From assembly GCA_963818815.1 (NCBI GenBank), contig CAWFTL010000004.1, forward strand, positions 90,717 to 154,716: 64,000 nucleotides of DNA, given 5' to 3'. Of this stretch, positions 1 to 10,041 are shown piece by piece (the first letter of the stretch is position 1; each line of letters begins with the position of its first letter). The notes under the pieces are model-generated. The model worked only from the letters and a program-made list of their open reading frames with translations. It did no database searches and had not been told where the DNA came from. Both the position numbers and the translations under genes were made by a program. Source of the DNA: an uncultured Solirubrobacterales bacterium. GTDB lineage: Bacteria; Actinomycetota; Thermoleophilia; Solirubrobacterales; Solirubrobacteraceae.

Positions 1-960
1 GCAGCCCTGGTCGGCGTGGCCGCGTTCGTCGCCCTCTACGGCCTGTTCCAACAGGTCGTGGGGCAGTTCACGCTGGTTTCGTGGGGCTACTCGTTCGACG
101 CTCAGGTTCGCACCATCGGCGGCCTGCTACGCAGCTTCGGGACGCTCGACGACCCGTTCGCGTACGCGATGGTTCTCCTGCTGGCCATCGGAGCACTGTG
201 GTTCTGGGCCCGCAAGGGCCTGTTCAACTCGGTCGCCACCGGTCTCTTGCTGCTGGGGCTGGCCTCATCGTTCGTCCGCACCGGAGTCCTTGTTCTGGCG
301 GCGTTTGCGGGCCTCGTGATGGTTCGCTGGCGCTACACGACTGCGGCGGTCTTCTTCGTGATCGCGATCTTGGTCGTCTCGATCGTGTCGCTCGTCGGCG
401 CGGGCGGATCTCGTACGAGAACGCTCAACGTCCTCTCCAGTCGCGGCCCTGAGCAGGTCACCACGAGCAGCGGCTCGTCGAGCTCGATCAACGTCATCCT
501 CAACGGACGCATCTCAGCCTGGACTGCGGCCATTGGCAACAACCCGTTCCAATGGGTGATCGGGCGAGGCGTCGGGACGGTGGGCACGGCTGCCCAGCGC
601 GCATCGTCGGGTTTTGCGCCCTCTACCGGAGGCTCTCAGAATTCCTCGCCGACAACTTCGCAGTCCGAGGCGGTCGACTCCGGCTATCTGGCCACGATCG
701 CCGACGTCGGGATACTCGGTCTCGGCGTGCTCGTGGCCTTATTGGCCCGTCTGTGGCGGTTGGGAGCGGCGGCGGCCAGACGCGGCATCTCCGACGGCTG
801 GGTCGCCCTGGCACTGCTCGTGACGATCATGCTCGACGCGCTCACCCGCGCTGCCTTCACCGAGTTCCCGACCGCCTTCGTCGGGATGCTGCTCATCGGC
901 ATCGCGCTGACTGCCGCGCAGGACGACCGGCGCAAGTCTGGCTCGTTGCGGCGCGCTTGA
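1..960 (+). CDS. O-antigen ligase/Wzy-like polytopic membrane protein (5' truncated by window edge)
   Basis: The frame is open from base 1. It has many TM segments, an R...GT(L)DDPFAYA motif, a large Ser-rich loop ending GRISAW, and xDSGYL followed by GILGL. It lies in a glycosyltransferase cluster. Confidence 0.7.
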   Translation, partial: AALVGVAAFVALYGLFQQVVGQFTLVSWGYSFDAQVRTIGGLLRSFGTLDDPFAYAMVLLLAIGALWFWARKGLFNSVATGLLLLGLASSFVRTGVLVLAAFAGLVMVRWRYTTAAVFFVIAILVVSIVSLVGAGGSRTRTLNVLSSRGPEQVTTSSGSSSSINVILNGRISAWTAAIGNNPFQWVIGRGVGTVGTAAQRASSGFAPSTGGSQNSSPTTSQSEAVDSGYLATIADVGILGLGVLVALLARLWRLGAAAARRGISDGWVALALLVTIMLDALTRAAFTEFPTAFVGMLLIGIALTAAQDDRRKSGSLRRA

Positions 961-991
961 ACGCCACCAGCCGTCTGCGTCCCCTCAGCCC

Positions 992-2146
992 GTGCGTGTC
1001 CTGATCGTCAGCTCTCACGGCGCGGATCGCACGTTTGGCGGTGCCGAGCGCTACGTCCACGACCTGCTCTCGGGCCTGGAGGCTCGCGGCCACGAGATCT
1101 CGCTCCTCAGCGTCTTTCCCGTCGACGAGACCTCCGCTGCCCCCACCTGGACCCTGCACCGCACCGACTGGCGCGAAGATCGTGTCCGGCGCTACCGCAA
1201 CCACGTCGGCGACTGGGTCGCCGCTCCCTGGCCGCGATTGCACGAGCTGCTGGCGTCCGCGCGCCCCGACATCGTGCACACCAACAATCTGATCGGCCTG
1301 GGCACCGGGATCTGGGAGCGCGCGCGCCGGCTCGGGATCCCGGTCGTCCACACGCTGCACGACTACCACCTGCTCTGCCCCAGGACGACGCTCACACGCC
1401 GCGATGGCCGTCCCTGCGACCCGAGCCCCCTGCTGTGCGGCCTTCGCACGCGGCGGCTGGCACGCTGGGGCGGCGGCGTCGAGGTGGTGATCGGAGTCTC
1501 GGAGCACGTGCTGCGCCGCCACGACACCTTTTTTGGCCCGAGCAGCGCCATGAACGTGATCCGGCCGCCGCTGGCCCCGCTCGCGGGGCTCGTCGGCAGC
1601 ACCCCGGAGAGGCCCGCCGTCATCGGGTTCCTAGGGGGGCTGGTCAAGGCCAAGGGGATCGAGGTCCTGCTGGAGGCCGCTCCGTCGCTGGCCGGTTTAG
1701 GAATGAGGTTGCGCGTCGGCGGCGACGGGCCGCTGCGCCGCGAGGTCGAGTTGGCGCCGGATGTCGCCTACGAAGGCCGGCTCGAGGGTCGCGAGCTCAC
1801 GGCTTTTCTGAGCACGTGCGACCTGGGCGTGGTGCCCTCGCTGTGGGAGGAGCCAGCGCTCACCTTCGTGGTGTGCGAGTGGCTGGCGGCGGGACGACCG
1901 GTGCTCACCACAGGGCGTGGCGGCCTGGCCGAAGCCGCAGCGCTGGGAGGCGCGGCGACCTTCGACGGCTCCTCTGAGGGGCTGCTCGGCGCGCTGGAGC
2001 GCTTGCGTGAGGAGCCGGAGTGGCGACGCCTGCGCGATTCTGTCCCGCCCGTGCACGACGACCGGGACGTCGAGCGCTGGCTCGACGAGCACGAGGCCGC
2101 CTACGAACATGCCCTCTCGGGCCGGATGAGTACGGCAGCCCGGTGA
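992..2146 (+). CDS. Glycosyltransferase family 4 (GT-B)
   Basis: GGAERYV, PDIVHTNNL, HTLHDY, KGIEVLL and VVPSLWEEP...E motifs. Confidence 0.9.
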   Translation: MRVLIVSSHGADRTFGGAERYVHDLLSGLEARGHEISLLSVFPVDETSAAPTWTLHRTDWREDRVRRYRNHVGDWVAAPWPRLHELLASARPDIVHTNNLIGLGTGIWERARRLGIPVVHTLHDYHLLCPRTTLTRRDGRPCDPSPLLCGLRTRRLARWGGGVEVVIGVSEHVLRRHDTFFGPSSAMNVIRPPLAPLAGLVGSTPERPAVIGFLGGLVKAKGIEVLLEAAPSLAGLGMRLRVGGDGPLRREVELAPDVAYEGRLEGRELTAFLSTCDLGVVPSLWEEPALTFVVCEWLAAGRPVLTTGRGGLAEAAALGGAATFDGSSEGLLGALERLREEPEWRRLRDSVPPVHDDRDVERWLDEHEAAYEHALSGRMSTAAR

Positions 2147-2859
2147 TCGACACCCATTGCCACCTGCTCCACGGGCTCGACGACGGCCCCGCGTCGCTCG
2201 CGGGCTCGGTCGCGCTGGCCAAGGACCTGGCCCGGGCCGGCGTGCGGGAAGTCGTGTGCACTCCTCACTATTCCCGGCGCTTTCCCACTGTCCGCGCGGA
2301 GGCTCAGCACCGGCTGCATGAGGTGCGAGCCGGCCTGAAGGCGAGCGGCGTGGCCATGACGCTTCACCTGGCAGCGGAGATCGCGCCGCTCACCGCCATG
2401 GAGGCCCCACCCGACGAGCTAGGGCAGCGAACGTTCGGAGATGGCCGTCTGCTCGTCGAGCTCCAGCGCGACACACCCGCGAGTCTCGTGCCGCTCCTGC
2501 TCGAGCGCCTGACGGGCCTCGGGCACCGGGTCGTGTTGGCGCACCCGGAACGGTGTGGGTCGGTCGCCGTCCATCCTCGCCTGCTCGACGATGCGCGCGA
2601 GGACGGTGCACTCGTCCAGGTAGTGGCCTCGAGCCTGACCGGCCGCCAGGGCCGTGAGGTGGCCACCGCCGCGTGGCGGCTGCTCGAGGCCGGCCGCGTC
2701 GATCTGCTCGCCAGCGACGCCCACCGGGCCAGGCCCGAGGGACCTCACCTGGCCAGGGCGGTGGGCCTGATCGGCAACCGGCTCGGCGAGGAGGCGGTGC
2801 GGGAGCTGACCCAGCGCGCGCCCGCGCGGCTGCTGCGGCAGGCAGATGCCGGCTTCTGA
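2143..2859 (+). CDS. CpsB/CapC/YwqE-type PHP-family tyrosine-protein phosphatase
   Basis: IDTHCHLL..DDG, CTPHY, LAHPER and ASDAH motifs. GTG start at 2143 overlaps the GT4 stop (GTGA). Confidence 0.9.
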   Translation: MIDTHCHLLHGLDDGPASLAGSVALAKDLARAGVREVVCTPHYSRRFPTVRAEAQHRLHEVRAGLKASGVAMTLHLAAEIAPLTAMEAPPDELGQRTFGDGRLLVELQRDTPASLVPLLLERLTGLGHRVVLAHPERCGSVAVHPRLLDDAREDGALVQVVASSLTGRQGREVATAAWRLLEAGRVDLLASDAHRARPEGPHLARAVGLIGNRLGEEAVRELTQRAPARLLRQADAGF

Positions 2860-3796
2860 TCTCACCGCCGTCGTTCTGAACTGGCGTACGCCCGATCTGA
2901 CCGTGCGCGCCGTCCGAGCGCTGATCGGCGACGGCGTCTCGCCCCAGCGCGTTGTCGTGGTCGACAACGCCTCGGGCGACGGCAGCGCCGAGCGGCTGAG
3001 CGCGGAGCTGGCCGGCAGCCCGATCCTCGCCTTGGAGGAGAACATCGGCTTCGCGAGGGCCAACAACGCCGGCGCGAGCTCGCTGCCGGCCACGGGCGGC
3101 TATCTGTTCGTCAACAGCGACGCCTTCGTCCACCTCCCGGGCAGCATCGAGAGCCTCCTCGCCGCGGTGCGCCGGCGCGGGGTCGCCATCGCGGTGCCGC
3201 GCCTGCGCAACGAGGATCTGACCCTGCAGCCCAACGTCGTCCCCATCTCGACCCCGTTGCCCGAGCTCTTTCGGGCCTCCGGCCTCTCGCGCTTTGTGCC
3301 CAATCGCGTGCAGCCGCGCCTCGGGACGCACTGGGACCACTCGCGCTCGCGGTTCATACAGGCCGCGATCGGCCCGGTCCTCATGGTCCGCGCCGACGCT
3401 TGGCACCGGCTCGGAGGCTTCGACGAGCGGCGGTTCATGTATGCCGAGGACCTCGAGCTCTTCCGCCGCGCGGCCCGCCTCGGGTGGCGCTCGCGCTTCG
3501 TCGCCGAGGCCGAGTTCGTCCATTTGGGCGGCGGCTCGGCGGGTCAGGTCTGGAGCGACCCTCAGCGGGCCGAGCGTGTGGCCCGGGCCGAGGCGCAGAT
3601 GATCCGCGAGCATCTCGGGCCGGTGCAGCGCCGGATCACCCTCGGGCTGATGGCGGCGGGAGTCGGAGGCCGCGCGGTCTTTCACCAAGCCCGCGGCAAC
3701 CGTGCCCTCGCCGAGACTCAGCGCGCGTGGCTGCGCGGATACCTCGCCCGCGGTGGGTCCGAGCGGGCCCCTGATCTGCCAAAACCCGGTGCATAA
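2846..3796 (+). CDS. Glycosyltransferase family 2 (rhamnosyltransferase-like)
   Basis: VVLNW, VVDNASGDGS, NIGFARANN, FVNSD, GGFDERRFMYAEDLEL. Confidence 0.9.
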   Translation: MPASDLTAVVLNWRTPDLTVRAVRALIGDGVSPQRVVVVDNASGDGSAERLSAELAGSPILALEENIGFARANNAGASSLPATGGYLFVNSDAFVHLPGSIESLLAAVRRRGVAIAVPRLRNEDLTLQPNVVPISTPLPELFRASGLSRFVPNRVQPRLGTHWDHSRSRFIQAAIGPVLMVRADAWHRLGGFDERRFMYAEDLELFRRAARLGWRSRFVAEAEFVHLGGGSAGQVWSDPQRAERVARAEAQMIREHLGPVQRRITLGLMAAGVGGRAVFHQARGNRALAETQRAWLRGYLARGGSERAPDLPKPGA

Positions 3797-3965
3797 GGCG
3801 TTGCAGACCACTCGGCCGTGACGGAGTCCGCGGATCGCCTGGATATACGCCATTTGTGGTACGCCACCCACGCCCACACTTGAATCTGGTGAAACCCGGA
3901 AACCGGGAAAAATTTGGGCTCTACAGTTACTTTGGTGTAGGATCCGGGTAGGGAACGTGGACAGT

Positions 3966-4002
3966 TTCTCCGCACCTTTTCCGAAAAGGGGGCAGCGGAG
4001 AA
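3966..4002 (+). promoter_or_regulatory. Stem-loop in the lower-GC leader of the LPFTG peptide gene
   Basis: TTCTCCGC (3966-3973) pairs with GCGGAGAA (3995-4002). CCTTTT/AAAAGG close a CCG loop. CCGCACCTT is directly repeated at 3970 and 4020. Confidence 0.4.
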
Positions 4003-4078
4003 GCGTGTAAAACGGAAAGCCGCACCTTGTTGTCAGGGGGTTAGCGGGAAAACCTCGGGACATTTTTGGAAGGGACTC

Positions 4079-4333
4079 ATGAGACGGATCGCGACGCTGG
4101 TGGCGAGCATCGCACTCATCGTGCCAAGCACGGCGCTTGCCCAGAGCAGTAGCTCTACTTGCCAGGCCTATAACCCACAGCTGTGCTCAGTGAGCTCGAG
4201 CAGCTCACCGCACACGAGCTCGGCGGGGACCCTGCCTTTCACAGGGCTCGACGTCGCTTTGCTGGCTGTCGGCGGCGGCACGCTCCTCGGAGCTGGCCTC
4301 GTCGTGCGGCGCATGTCCAAGCGGCTGAACTGA
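4079..4333 (+). CDS. Small secreted protein with LPXTG-like (LPFTG) cell-wall sorting signal
   Basis: Signal peptide ending ALA, short Ser-rich core with two Cys, then LPFTG, a hydrophobic helix and a basic tail RRMSKR. AAGGGA RBS upstream. Confidence 0.8.
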   Translation: MRRIATLVASIALIVPSTALAQSSSSTCQAYNPQLCSVSSSSSPHTSSAGTLPFTGLDVALLAVGGGTLLGAGLVVRRMSKRLN

Positions 4334-4419
4334 GCCTTCGCTCGCCGACGAAAGGCGCCGAGCGGCCTCGCGCCGCAGGCTCCACTGCGCGCTGACGCGG
4401 CGATTGATCGTGCACGCCT

Positions 4420-4458
4420 GTAGGGGCGGTCCTATTCCCGCTTCAGGACCGCCCCGTA
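4420..4458. repeat. GTAG-headed REP-like palindrome / bidirectional terminator between convergent genes
   Basis: GGGGCGGTCCT (4423-4433) and AGGACCGCCCC (4445-4455) form a perfect 11-bp inverted repeat. The element begins with GTAG at 4420. Confidence 0.55.
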
Positions 4459-4517
4459 AGGCGGCTGCTCGCAGATAGGACGCGCCTGCAGCCCCCCGCC
4501 CCGCAGCCCCCCGGCGG

Positions 4518-5957
4518 CTAGGATCGCTCGGCCAGACGCGAGCGGATCAGCTTGGTCACCTCGCCCCCGTCGGCGCGGCCCTTGGTCTCGCGCATCACGA
4601 AGCCGACGAGCGGGCCGATCGCCCTCATGTTGCCGGCCCGGACCTGCTCCGCCGCCGCCTGGTCAGAGGCGATCGCGCGGTCGACGACGTCCGCGAGCCC
4701 GTCGTCTCCGCTCATCGCGCCCAGCCCCTCGCGCTCCACGATCTCGCGCGGGTCTCCCCCGTTCTCCACCATCCGGCTCAGCACCTCGCGCGCCGCGTCA
4801 CGGCTCACCGTGCGGGTGGCCACCATCGCGGCCAGGGAGGCCAGGCTCTCGGGCGCCACCTTGCTCTGCGCCGGGTCGGCCGCCGGCCCTATTCGCTCGA
4901 CCAGCTGGGGGATCCAGTTGGCGATGTCCACCGGCGCGGCTTCTCCGTCCGCTGCGGCGCGCTCGAAGTATCCCGCCAGCGCGGAGCGGAAGGCTAGCTC
5001 TCGCGCCCGCTCCGCGCTCAGGCCGAAGTCGCGCTGAAAGCGCGCCATCCGCTGCGCCGGCAGCTCCGGGATGTCCTCGCGCGCGGCCGAGAGCAGCTGC
5101 TCGTCGACCAGCAGCGGCACCAGGTCGGGCTCGGGGAAGTAGCGGTAGTCGTGGGCCTCCTCCTTGGAGCGAAGCGACGTCAGGCGCCCGCTCACAGGAT
5201 CGAAGTGCAGCGTCTCCTGGACGACCGGCTCGCCCCCGCGCACGAGCCCGGTCTGTCGCTCGAGCTCGGCTCGAACGCCGCGCTCGAGGAAGCGGAACGA
5301 GTTCATGTTCTTGAGCTCGGTCTTCGTCCCCAGGGCGGTGGCGCCCGCCGGCCGGACCGACACGTTGGCGTCACAGCGCAGCGAGCCCTCCTCCATGTTC
5401 ACATCGGAGACGCCCAGCCCGCGGAGCGTCTCGCGCAGCAGGATGAGCCACTCGCGCACCTGCTCAGGGGAGCGGAAGTCCGGCTCGGTGACGATCTCGA
5501 CCAGCGGCGTCCCGCAGCGGTTGAAGTCGACGATGCTCCGGTCCGAGCCGTGGATGCGGCCGCTCTCCCCTACGTGGTCGAGCTTCGCCGCGTCCTCCTC
5601 CAGGTGCACGCGGTGGATGCGCACGCCCGCCAGCTCGCCGCCCTGGCACAGAGGAATGTCGTACTGGGAGATCTGGTAGCCCTTGGGCGAGTCGGGATAG
5701 AAGTAGTTCTTGCGGTGAAAGATCGACCGCGGCGCGATCTCCGACCCCAGCGCCAGCCCGATCATCACCCCAAAGCGCACAGCGCGCTCGTTGAGCACCG
5801 GCAGAGCGCCGGGCAGCCCCAGGCACGTGGGGCAGGTGTGGATATTGCGCGGGTCGCCGAAGGACACCTCGCATCCGCAGAACATCTTGGTCCTCGTCTT
5901 GAGCTGAACGTGGATCTCGAGCCCGATCACGGCCTCGTAGTCGCTCGTCGCGCTCAT
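4518..5957 (-). CDS. gatB: Asp-tRNA(Asn)/Glu-tRNA(Gln) amidotransferase subunit B
   Basis: [61 protein letters not shown]. Confidence 0.98.
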   Translation of the reverse strand: MSATSDYEAVIGLEIHVQLKTRTKMFCGCEVSFGDPRNIHTCPTCLGLPGALPVLNERAVRFGVMIGLALGSEIAPRSIFHRKNYFYPDSPKGYQISQYDIPLCQGGELAGVRIHRVHLEEDAAKLDHVGESGRIHGSDRSIVDFNRCGTPLVEIVTEPDFRSPEQVREWLILLRETLRGLGVSDVNMEEGSLRCDANVSVRPAGATALGTKTELKNMNSFRFLERGVRAELERQTGLVRGGEPVVQETLHFDPVSGRLTSLRSKEEAHDYRYFPEPDLVPLLVDEQLLSAAREDIPELPAQRMARFQRDFGLSAERARELAFRSALAGYFERAAADGEAAPVDIANWIPQLVERIGPAADPAQSKVAPESLASLAAMVATRTVSRDAAREVLSRMVENGGDPREIVEREGLGAMSGDDGLADVVDRAIASDQAAAEQVRAGNMRAIGPLVGFVMRETKGRADGGEVTKLIRSRLAERS

Positions 5958-7384
5958 TGCCGCGCTGCTCCTCCGTCGAAGCCGATCGCCTGCTCGAACG
6001 CGTAGGCGGCCCCGAGCAGGCGGTTCTCGCTGAACGCCGGGCCCGCTAGCTGGAAGCCGACGGGCAGGCCGTCGCTCAGCCCGGAGGGGATCGAGATGGC
6101 CGGGATCCCGGCCAGCGGCATGGGGACGGTGCAGAAGTCGTTCAGGTACATGGCCAGCGGGTCGTCGCTCTTGGCTCCGAGCTCGAACGCCGTCCACGGG
6201 CTCGTCGGCGTGACGATGAAGTCAAAGCGCTCGAACGCGGCCCGGAAGTCCTCTGAGATCTTCGTGCGGACCTTCTGGGCGGTCCCGTAGTACGCCTCGT
6301 AGTAGCCGCTGGAGAGCGCGTAGGTCCCGAGCATGATCCGGCGCTTGACCTCGTCTCCGAAGCCCGCCGCGCGCGTGCGCGTGTACATCGAGTGCAGATC
6401 CGCCTCTCCGTCGACCCGCAGGCCGTAGCGAACACCGTCGAAGCGAGCGAGGTTGGCCGAAGCCTCGGCTGGGGCGATCAGGTAGTACGCGGACAGTGCG
6501 TGCGGCGCGTGGGGCAGCCGGCACGGCTCTACCGTGGCACCGAGCCCCTCCGCCAGCCTGAGCGTCTGCTCGAAGCTCTCCCGCACGCCCGGCTCGACCC
6601 CTCCGCTCTCGCCCGTCAGCTCCTCGGGCACCCCGAGCCGGAGCCCGCGCAGGTCCTCGGACTGCGGCAGCTCTATCCGGCCCGGGAACTCCACCGACGT
6701 GGAATCGCCGCGGTCGCGCCCGACCATGTGCGCCAGGAGCAGGGCCGCATCGGTCACATCCCGGGTCAGCGGGCCCGCCTGGTCGAGCGAGGAGGCGAAG
6801 GCGATCATGCCGTAGCGCGAGCACGCCCCGTAGGTGGGCTTCATCCCCACGATCCCGCACAGCGCTGCCGGCTGGCGGATCGAACCGCCGGTGTCGGTGC
6901 CGATCGCCCACGGAGCCAGCCCCGCCGCCACCGCGGCGGCGCTGCCACCCGACGATCCGCCGGGCACGCGCGCGCGATCCCACGGATTCAGCACCGGGCC
7001 GAAGCCGGAGTTCTCGTTGGATGAGCCCATCGCGAACTCGTCCTGGTTGGTCTTGCCCAGCAGGGGAGCGCCGGCCTCACGCAGCCTTCGCACCACAGTG
7101 GCGGTGTAGGGGGGCCGGTAGCCCTCGAGGATGCGTGAACCGGCCTGGCTGGGAACGCCCTCGGTGCAGAAGAGGTCCTTGACGGCCAGGGGGACTCCGC
7201 CCAGCGGCGTCCCGGCGCCCCCACTGCCCGCCGGAGGACCGTCGGCCACCCAGGTGAAGGCATTCAGCTCCTCGCCGGCGGCACGCTCCCGGTAGGCCTC
7301 GAACAGCTCGGCCGGATCGATCTCCCGGCGCCGCACCCGGTCGGCCGCGGCGGCCGCCGTGAGCTCGATCAGCTCGGCGCTCAT
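5954..7384 (-). CDS. gatA: Amidotransferase subunit A
   Basis: [52 protein letters not shown]. Confidence 0.98.
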   Translation of the reverse strand: MSAELIELTAAAAADRVRRREIDPAELFEAYRERAAGEELNAFTWVADGPPAGSGGAGTPLGGVPLAVKDLFCTEGVPSQAGSRILEGYRPPYTATVVRRLREAGAPLLGKTNQDEFAMGSSNENSGFGPVLNPWDRARVPGGSSGGSAAAVAAGLAPWAIGTDTGGSIRQPAALCGIVGMKPTYGACSRYGMIAFASSLDQAGPLTRDVTDAALLLAHMVGRDRGDSTSVEFPGRIELPQSEDLRGLRLGVPEELTGESGGVEPGVRESFEQTLRLAEGLGATVEPCRLPHAPHALSAYYLIAPAEASANLARFDGVRYGLRVDGEADLHSMYTRTRAAGFGDEVKRRIMLGTYALSSGYYEAYYGTAQKVRTKISEDFRAAFERFDFIVTPTSPWTAFELGAKSDDPLAMYLNDFCTVPMPLAGIPAISIPSGLSDGLPVGFQLAGPAFSENRLLGAAYAFEQAIGFDGGAARQ

Positions 7385-7671
7385 CAGCCCGCGCCCGGGC
7401 TGGGGACGCCGAATCCGTCACCCACCGGCTCGGGGGCGGCCTCGAGCACCTTCTCCACCGGCAGGGACGGGCGCGGCTCGTCGGGCCGCATGGCGTCCAG
7501 CACCTCGACCACGTGGGAGGTCGGCGGCACACCGCCGAGATCGAGCTCGCGGATCTTCTCGATGTGGTCGAGGACGTGCGAGAGCTCGGCCGCCATGCGC
7601 TCCACCTCTGTCTCCGTGAGGTCGAGGCGAGCCAGCCGGGCCACGTGGAGGACCTGCGCGCGATCGAGCAT
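7384..7671 (-). CDS. gatC: Amidotransferase subunit C
   Basis: [11 protein letters not shown], 95 aa, directly upstream of gatA. TAGAAT -10 lies 8 nt before the ATG (leaderless-type). Confidence 0.95.
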   Translation of the reverse strand: MLDRAQVLHVARLARLDLTETEVERMAAELSHVLDHIEKIRELDLGGVPPTSHVVEVLDAMRPDEPRPSLPVEKVLEAAPEPVGDGFGVPSPGAG

Positions 7672-7682
7672 CGACGGCGATT

Positions 7683-8198
7683 CTAGGAGCCGACTGGGGA
7701 GCCGAGCCTCACAGTCTCGATCTCCTGGGGCCCGTCCTGGGGACGAATCCCCTCACGCCGCAGCGACTGGTAGGCGCCGTAGAGCAGGGCCAGCGAACAC
7801 AGCAGCCCCAGGTAGGCCCCCGCCTTCTGCTCGTAGAACCCGTCGGGCCCGGGGACGTTGATGAGCACGCGGTAGAGCAGGGCCAGAACGTTCAGCAGCG
7901 ACAGCACGATCAGGATCACGCTCAAGCTGACGGGCGTCGCGGGCGCGCGGCACGCAGCCTGGAAGTACGCGAGCGCGAGCGCCACGACGATGGTGACCAG
8001 GATCAGCCATCGCAGGTGCGACAGCGAGTTCCATCCGCTGACCGAGGTCGACGTCGGCAGCGTGGCCGCGGTGCGGGCGTATGTGGGAGTCAACCCGTAC
8101 CACGGCAGCACGAACAGGAAGATGAGCAGGAGCGTCGCGGCCGCGGCGACGATCGTCTCGCCGCGGCGAAGCCGCGAGAGATCGAAGCTCGACGTCAT
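7683..8198 (-). CDS. 4-TM membrane protein (LPWY family, paralogue 3)
   Basis: ATG at 8198. FLFVLPWYG, SGWNSL, LYRVLINVPGP, GAYLGLL. Confidence 0.75.
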   Translation of the reverse strand: MTSSFDLSRLRRGETIVAAAATLLLIFLFVLPWYGLTPTYARTAATLPTSTSVSGWNSLSHLRWLILVTIVVALALAYFQAACRAPATPVSLSVILIVLSLLNVLALLYRVLINVPGPDGFYEQKAGAYLGLLCSLALLYGAYQSLRREGIRPQDGPQEIETVRLGSPVGS

Positions 8199-8650
8199 GG
8201 CGCCTCGCCCCCGGGCGCCGGACCGGAGGCCCCGACGGCGCGTGCCGCCAGCACGACGAGCACCGCGGCGAGCGGGATGGCGACCCAGAACCCGGCACCC
8301 AGGTTCCCAGCCTCGTCTACGTGCAGGATGAACTTCACGAACAAGAACAGCGCGGCCAGAGCAGCAAGGATCAGGCGTGTCATCGTACGGCCCCTGGCCG
8401 GCGCGGGGACCCTGGTCTGCGGCGAGAAGCGCTCCAGCGCCAGATCGACCAGGAGCACCACGAGGGCGAGCGCGGCCAGCGTCCCGAGCAGGCCATCCGG
8501 TGGCCCGGTGGCCGGATCGCTGGGTGAGGGCAGGACGATGCCGCTGACCGTTCCCCCACCCGTCGTGTGCCAGGGGAGCTGGCTTACGTCGATCAGCAGG
8601 AGCACGGCGGCCAGGGCCAGGAGGACATCGCGGCGCCTTGCGGTCCTCAC
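8195..8650 (-). CDS. 4-TM membrane protein (LPWH family, paralogue 2)
   Basis: SQLPWH, four hydrophobic segments and GAGFWVA. 4-nt overlaps with both neighbours. Confidence 0.7.
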   Translation of the reverse strand: MRTARRRDVLLALAAVLLLIDVSQLPWHTTGGGTVSGIVLPSPSDPATGPPDGLLGTLAALALVVLLVDLALERFSPQTRVPAPARGRTMTRLILAALAALFLFVKFILHVDEAGNLGAGFWVAIPLAAVLVVLAARAVGASGPAPGGEAP

Positions 8651-9159
8651 TGCGCCGCCGTCCGGCGACCCGGACGTATCCGGCCGCGCCGGCGCCGCCG
8701 GCGCTCACGCGGGAGATCGAGAGCGCGCGCGGCGTCGAATGCCCCCACGGCGATTGCCGTCGCGCTCAGGAGTCCGAGATAGGCGCCCAGCTTCTGGTCG
8801 ACCACCGAGGACGGCGAGGGAAGCGAGACCAGAACGCGGTAGGCCACGAGGATCCAGGTGACGGGGGCCAGGATGGCGAGGATCCGCCGCACGTCGCCGG
8901 CTCGGCTCTGCCCGGCCAGATGCAGCACGGGCGCGCAGACGGTGGCCAGGGCGGTCAGGAGCATCAGCCAGCGCAGGACCGGCAGAGCCTGCCACGCGTT
9001 CTCAGCCCGCGTCAGCGCCGAGCGCCCCGGAATCCCGTCGACGCCGTACCACTTCAGCAGGAACATGAGGCCGGGCAGCATCAGTGCGCCGGCGACGCTC
9101 ACGATCTCGCCCCGGTGGGCGCGACGTACCGGCGGCACGCTCTCCGCGGTCGTGCTCAT
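8647..9159 (-). CDS. 4-TM membrane protein (LKWY family, paralogue 1)
   Basis: FLLKWYG, NAWQAL, YRVLVSLPSP, GAYLGLL. Coupled to the folD stop. Confidence 0.75.
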   Translation of the reverse strand: MSTTAESVPPVRRAHRGEIVSVAGALMLPGLMFLLKWYGVDGIPGRSALTRAENAWQALPVLRWLMLLTALATVCAPVLHLAGQSRAGDVRRILAILAPVTWILVAYRVLVSLPSPSSVVDQKLGAYLGLLSATAIAVGAFDAARALDLPRERRRRRRGRIRPGRRTAAQ

Positions 9160-10010
9160 GCGCCGGCTTGCAGCTCAGCGGCCCGCAGCGTGTTGCGCAG
9201 GAGCATGGCAATGGTCATCGGGCCCACGCCTCCGGGGACCGGCGTGATCAGAGCGGCACGCTCGGCCGCGGCTTCGAAGTCCACGTCGCCGAGCAGGCCC
9301 TCCTCGGTGCGGTTCATGCCCACGTCGATGACCGCGGCGCCCGGCTTGACGTGGCCCGCCCCGATCAGCCGGGGCACCCCGACGGCGGCCACCAGCACGT
9401 CGGCCCGCGAGCACACGCCCTCGAGATCGCGCGTATGCGAGTGGCAGGTCGTCACGGTGGCATTGCGCTCGAGCAGGAGCGCTGCAAGCGGCTTGCCCAC
9501 CAGGTCCGAGCGCCCGACGACGACAGCCTGCGCCCCGTCCAGCTCCGCGCCGTGGGTGTCCAGCAGCTCGATCACGCCGAGTGGCGTGCAGGGCCGAAGT
9601 CCCGGCGTGCCCTGGGCCAGGCGTCCCGCGCTGAGCGTGGTGAGCCCGTCCACGTCCTTGTAGGGAGAGATCAGCGCGGTCAGCTCGGCCCCGTGCAGCC
9701 CGGCGGGAACCGGGAGCTGGAGCAGGATGCCGGTCACATCCGGGTCGTGGTTGCACTGCTCGATCACCGCTGCGACCTCTTCCTGGCTCGCGCTGGCGGG
9801 CAGCTTGCGGTGGAGATCGGCGATGCCGACCTCGTCGCATGCCTTGCGCTTGTTGGCCACGTAGATGGCCGACGCCGGGTCCTCCCCGACCAGGATCGTC
9901 GCCAGGCCGGGTGCTCGGCCCAGGCTCTCGGTCAGCTCGGGCACGCGCTCGGCAACCCCGGCCCGGACTCGGGCCGCCACCGCCCGCCCATCGATGATCG
10001 TCGCGGTCAT
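9156..10010 (-). CDS. folD: Methylenetetrahydrofolate dehydrogenase/cyclohydrolase
   Basis: IIDGRAVA, ILVGEDPASAIYV.NK, KDVDG, VVGRSDLVGKP, TPVPGGVGPMTI. ATG at 10010. Confidence 0.97.
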   Translation of the reverse strand: MTATIIDGRAVAARVRAGVAERVPELTESLGRAPGLATILVGEDPASAIYVANKRKACDEVGIADLHRKLPASASQEEVAAVIEQCNHDPDVTGILLQLPVPAGLHGAELTALISPYKDVDGLTTLSAGRLAQGTPGLRPCTPLGVIELLDTHGAELDGAQAVVVGRSDLVGKPLAALLLERNATVTTCHSHTRDLEGVCSRADVLVAAVGVPRLIGAGHVKPGAAVIDVGMNRTEEGLLGDVDFEAAAERAALITPVPGGVGPMTIAMLLRNTLRAAELQAGA

Positions 10011-10041
10011 GGCCTCCGGCAAGCTAGTGCAGAGCCCCGGC

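Noticed and set aside
2390-4063. 557-aa minus-strand ORF
   Set aside because: Antisense shadow of the phosphatase and GT2 genes running into intergenic DNA; no motifs.
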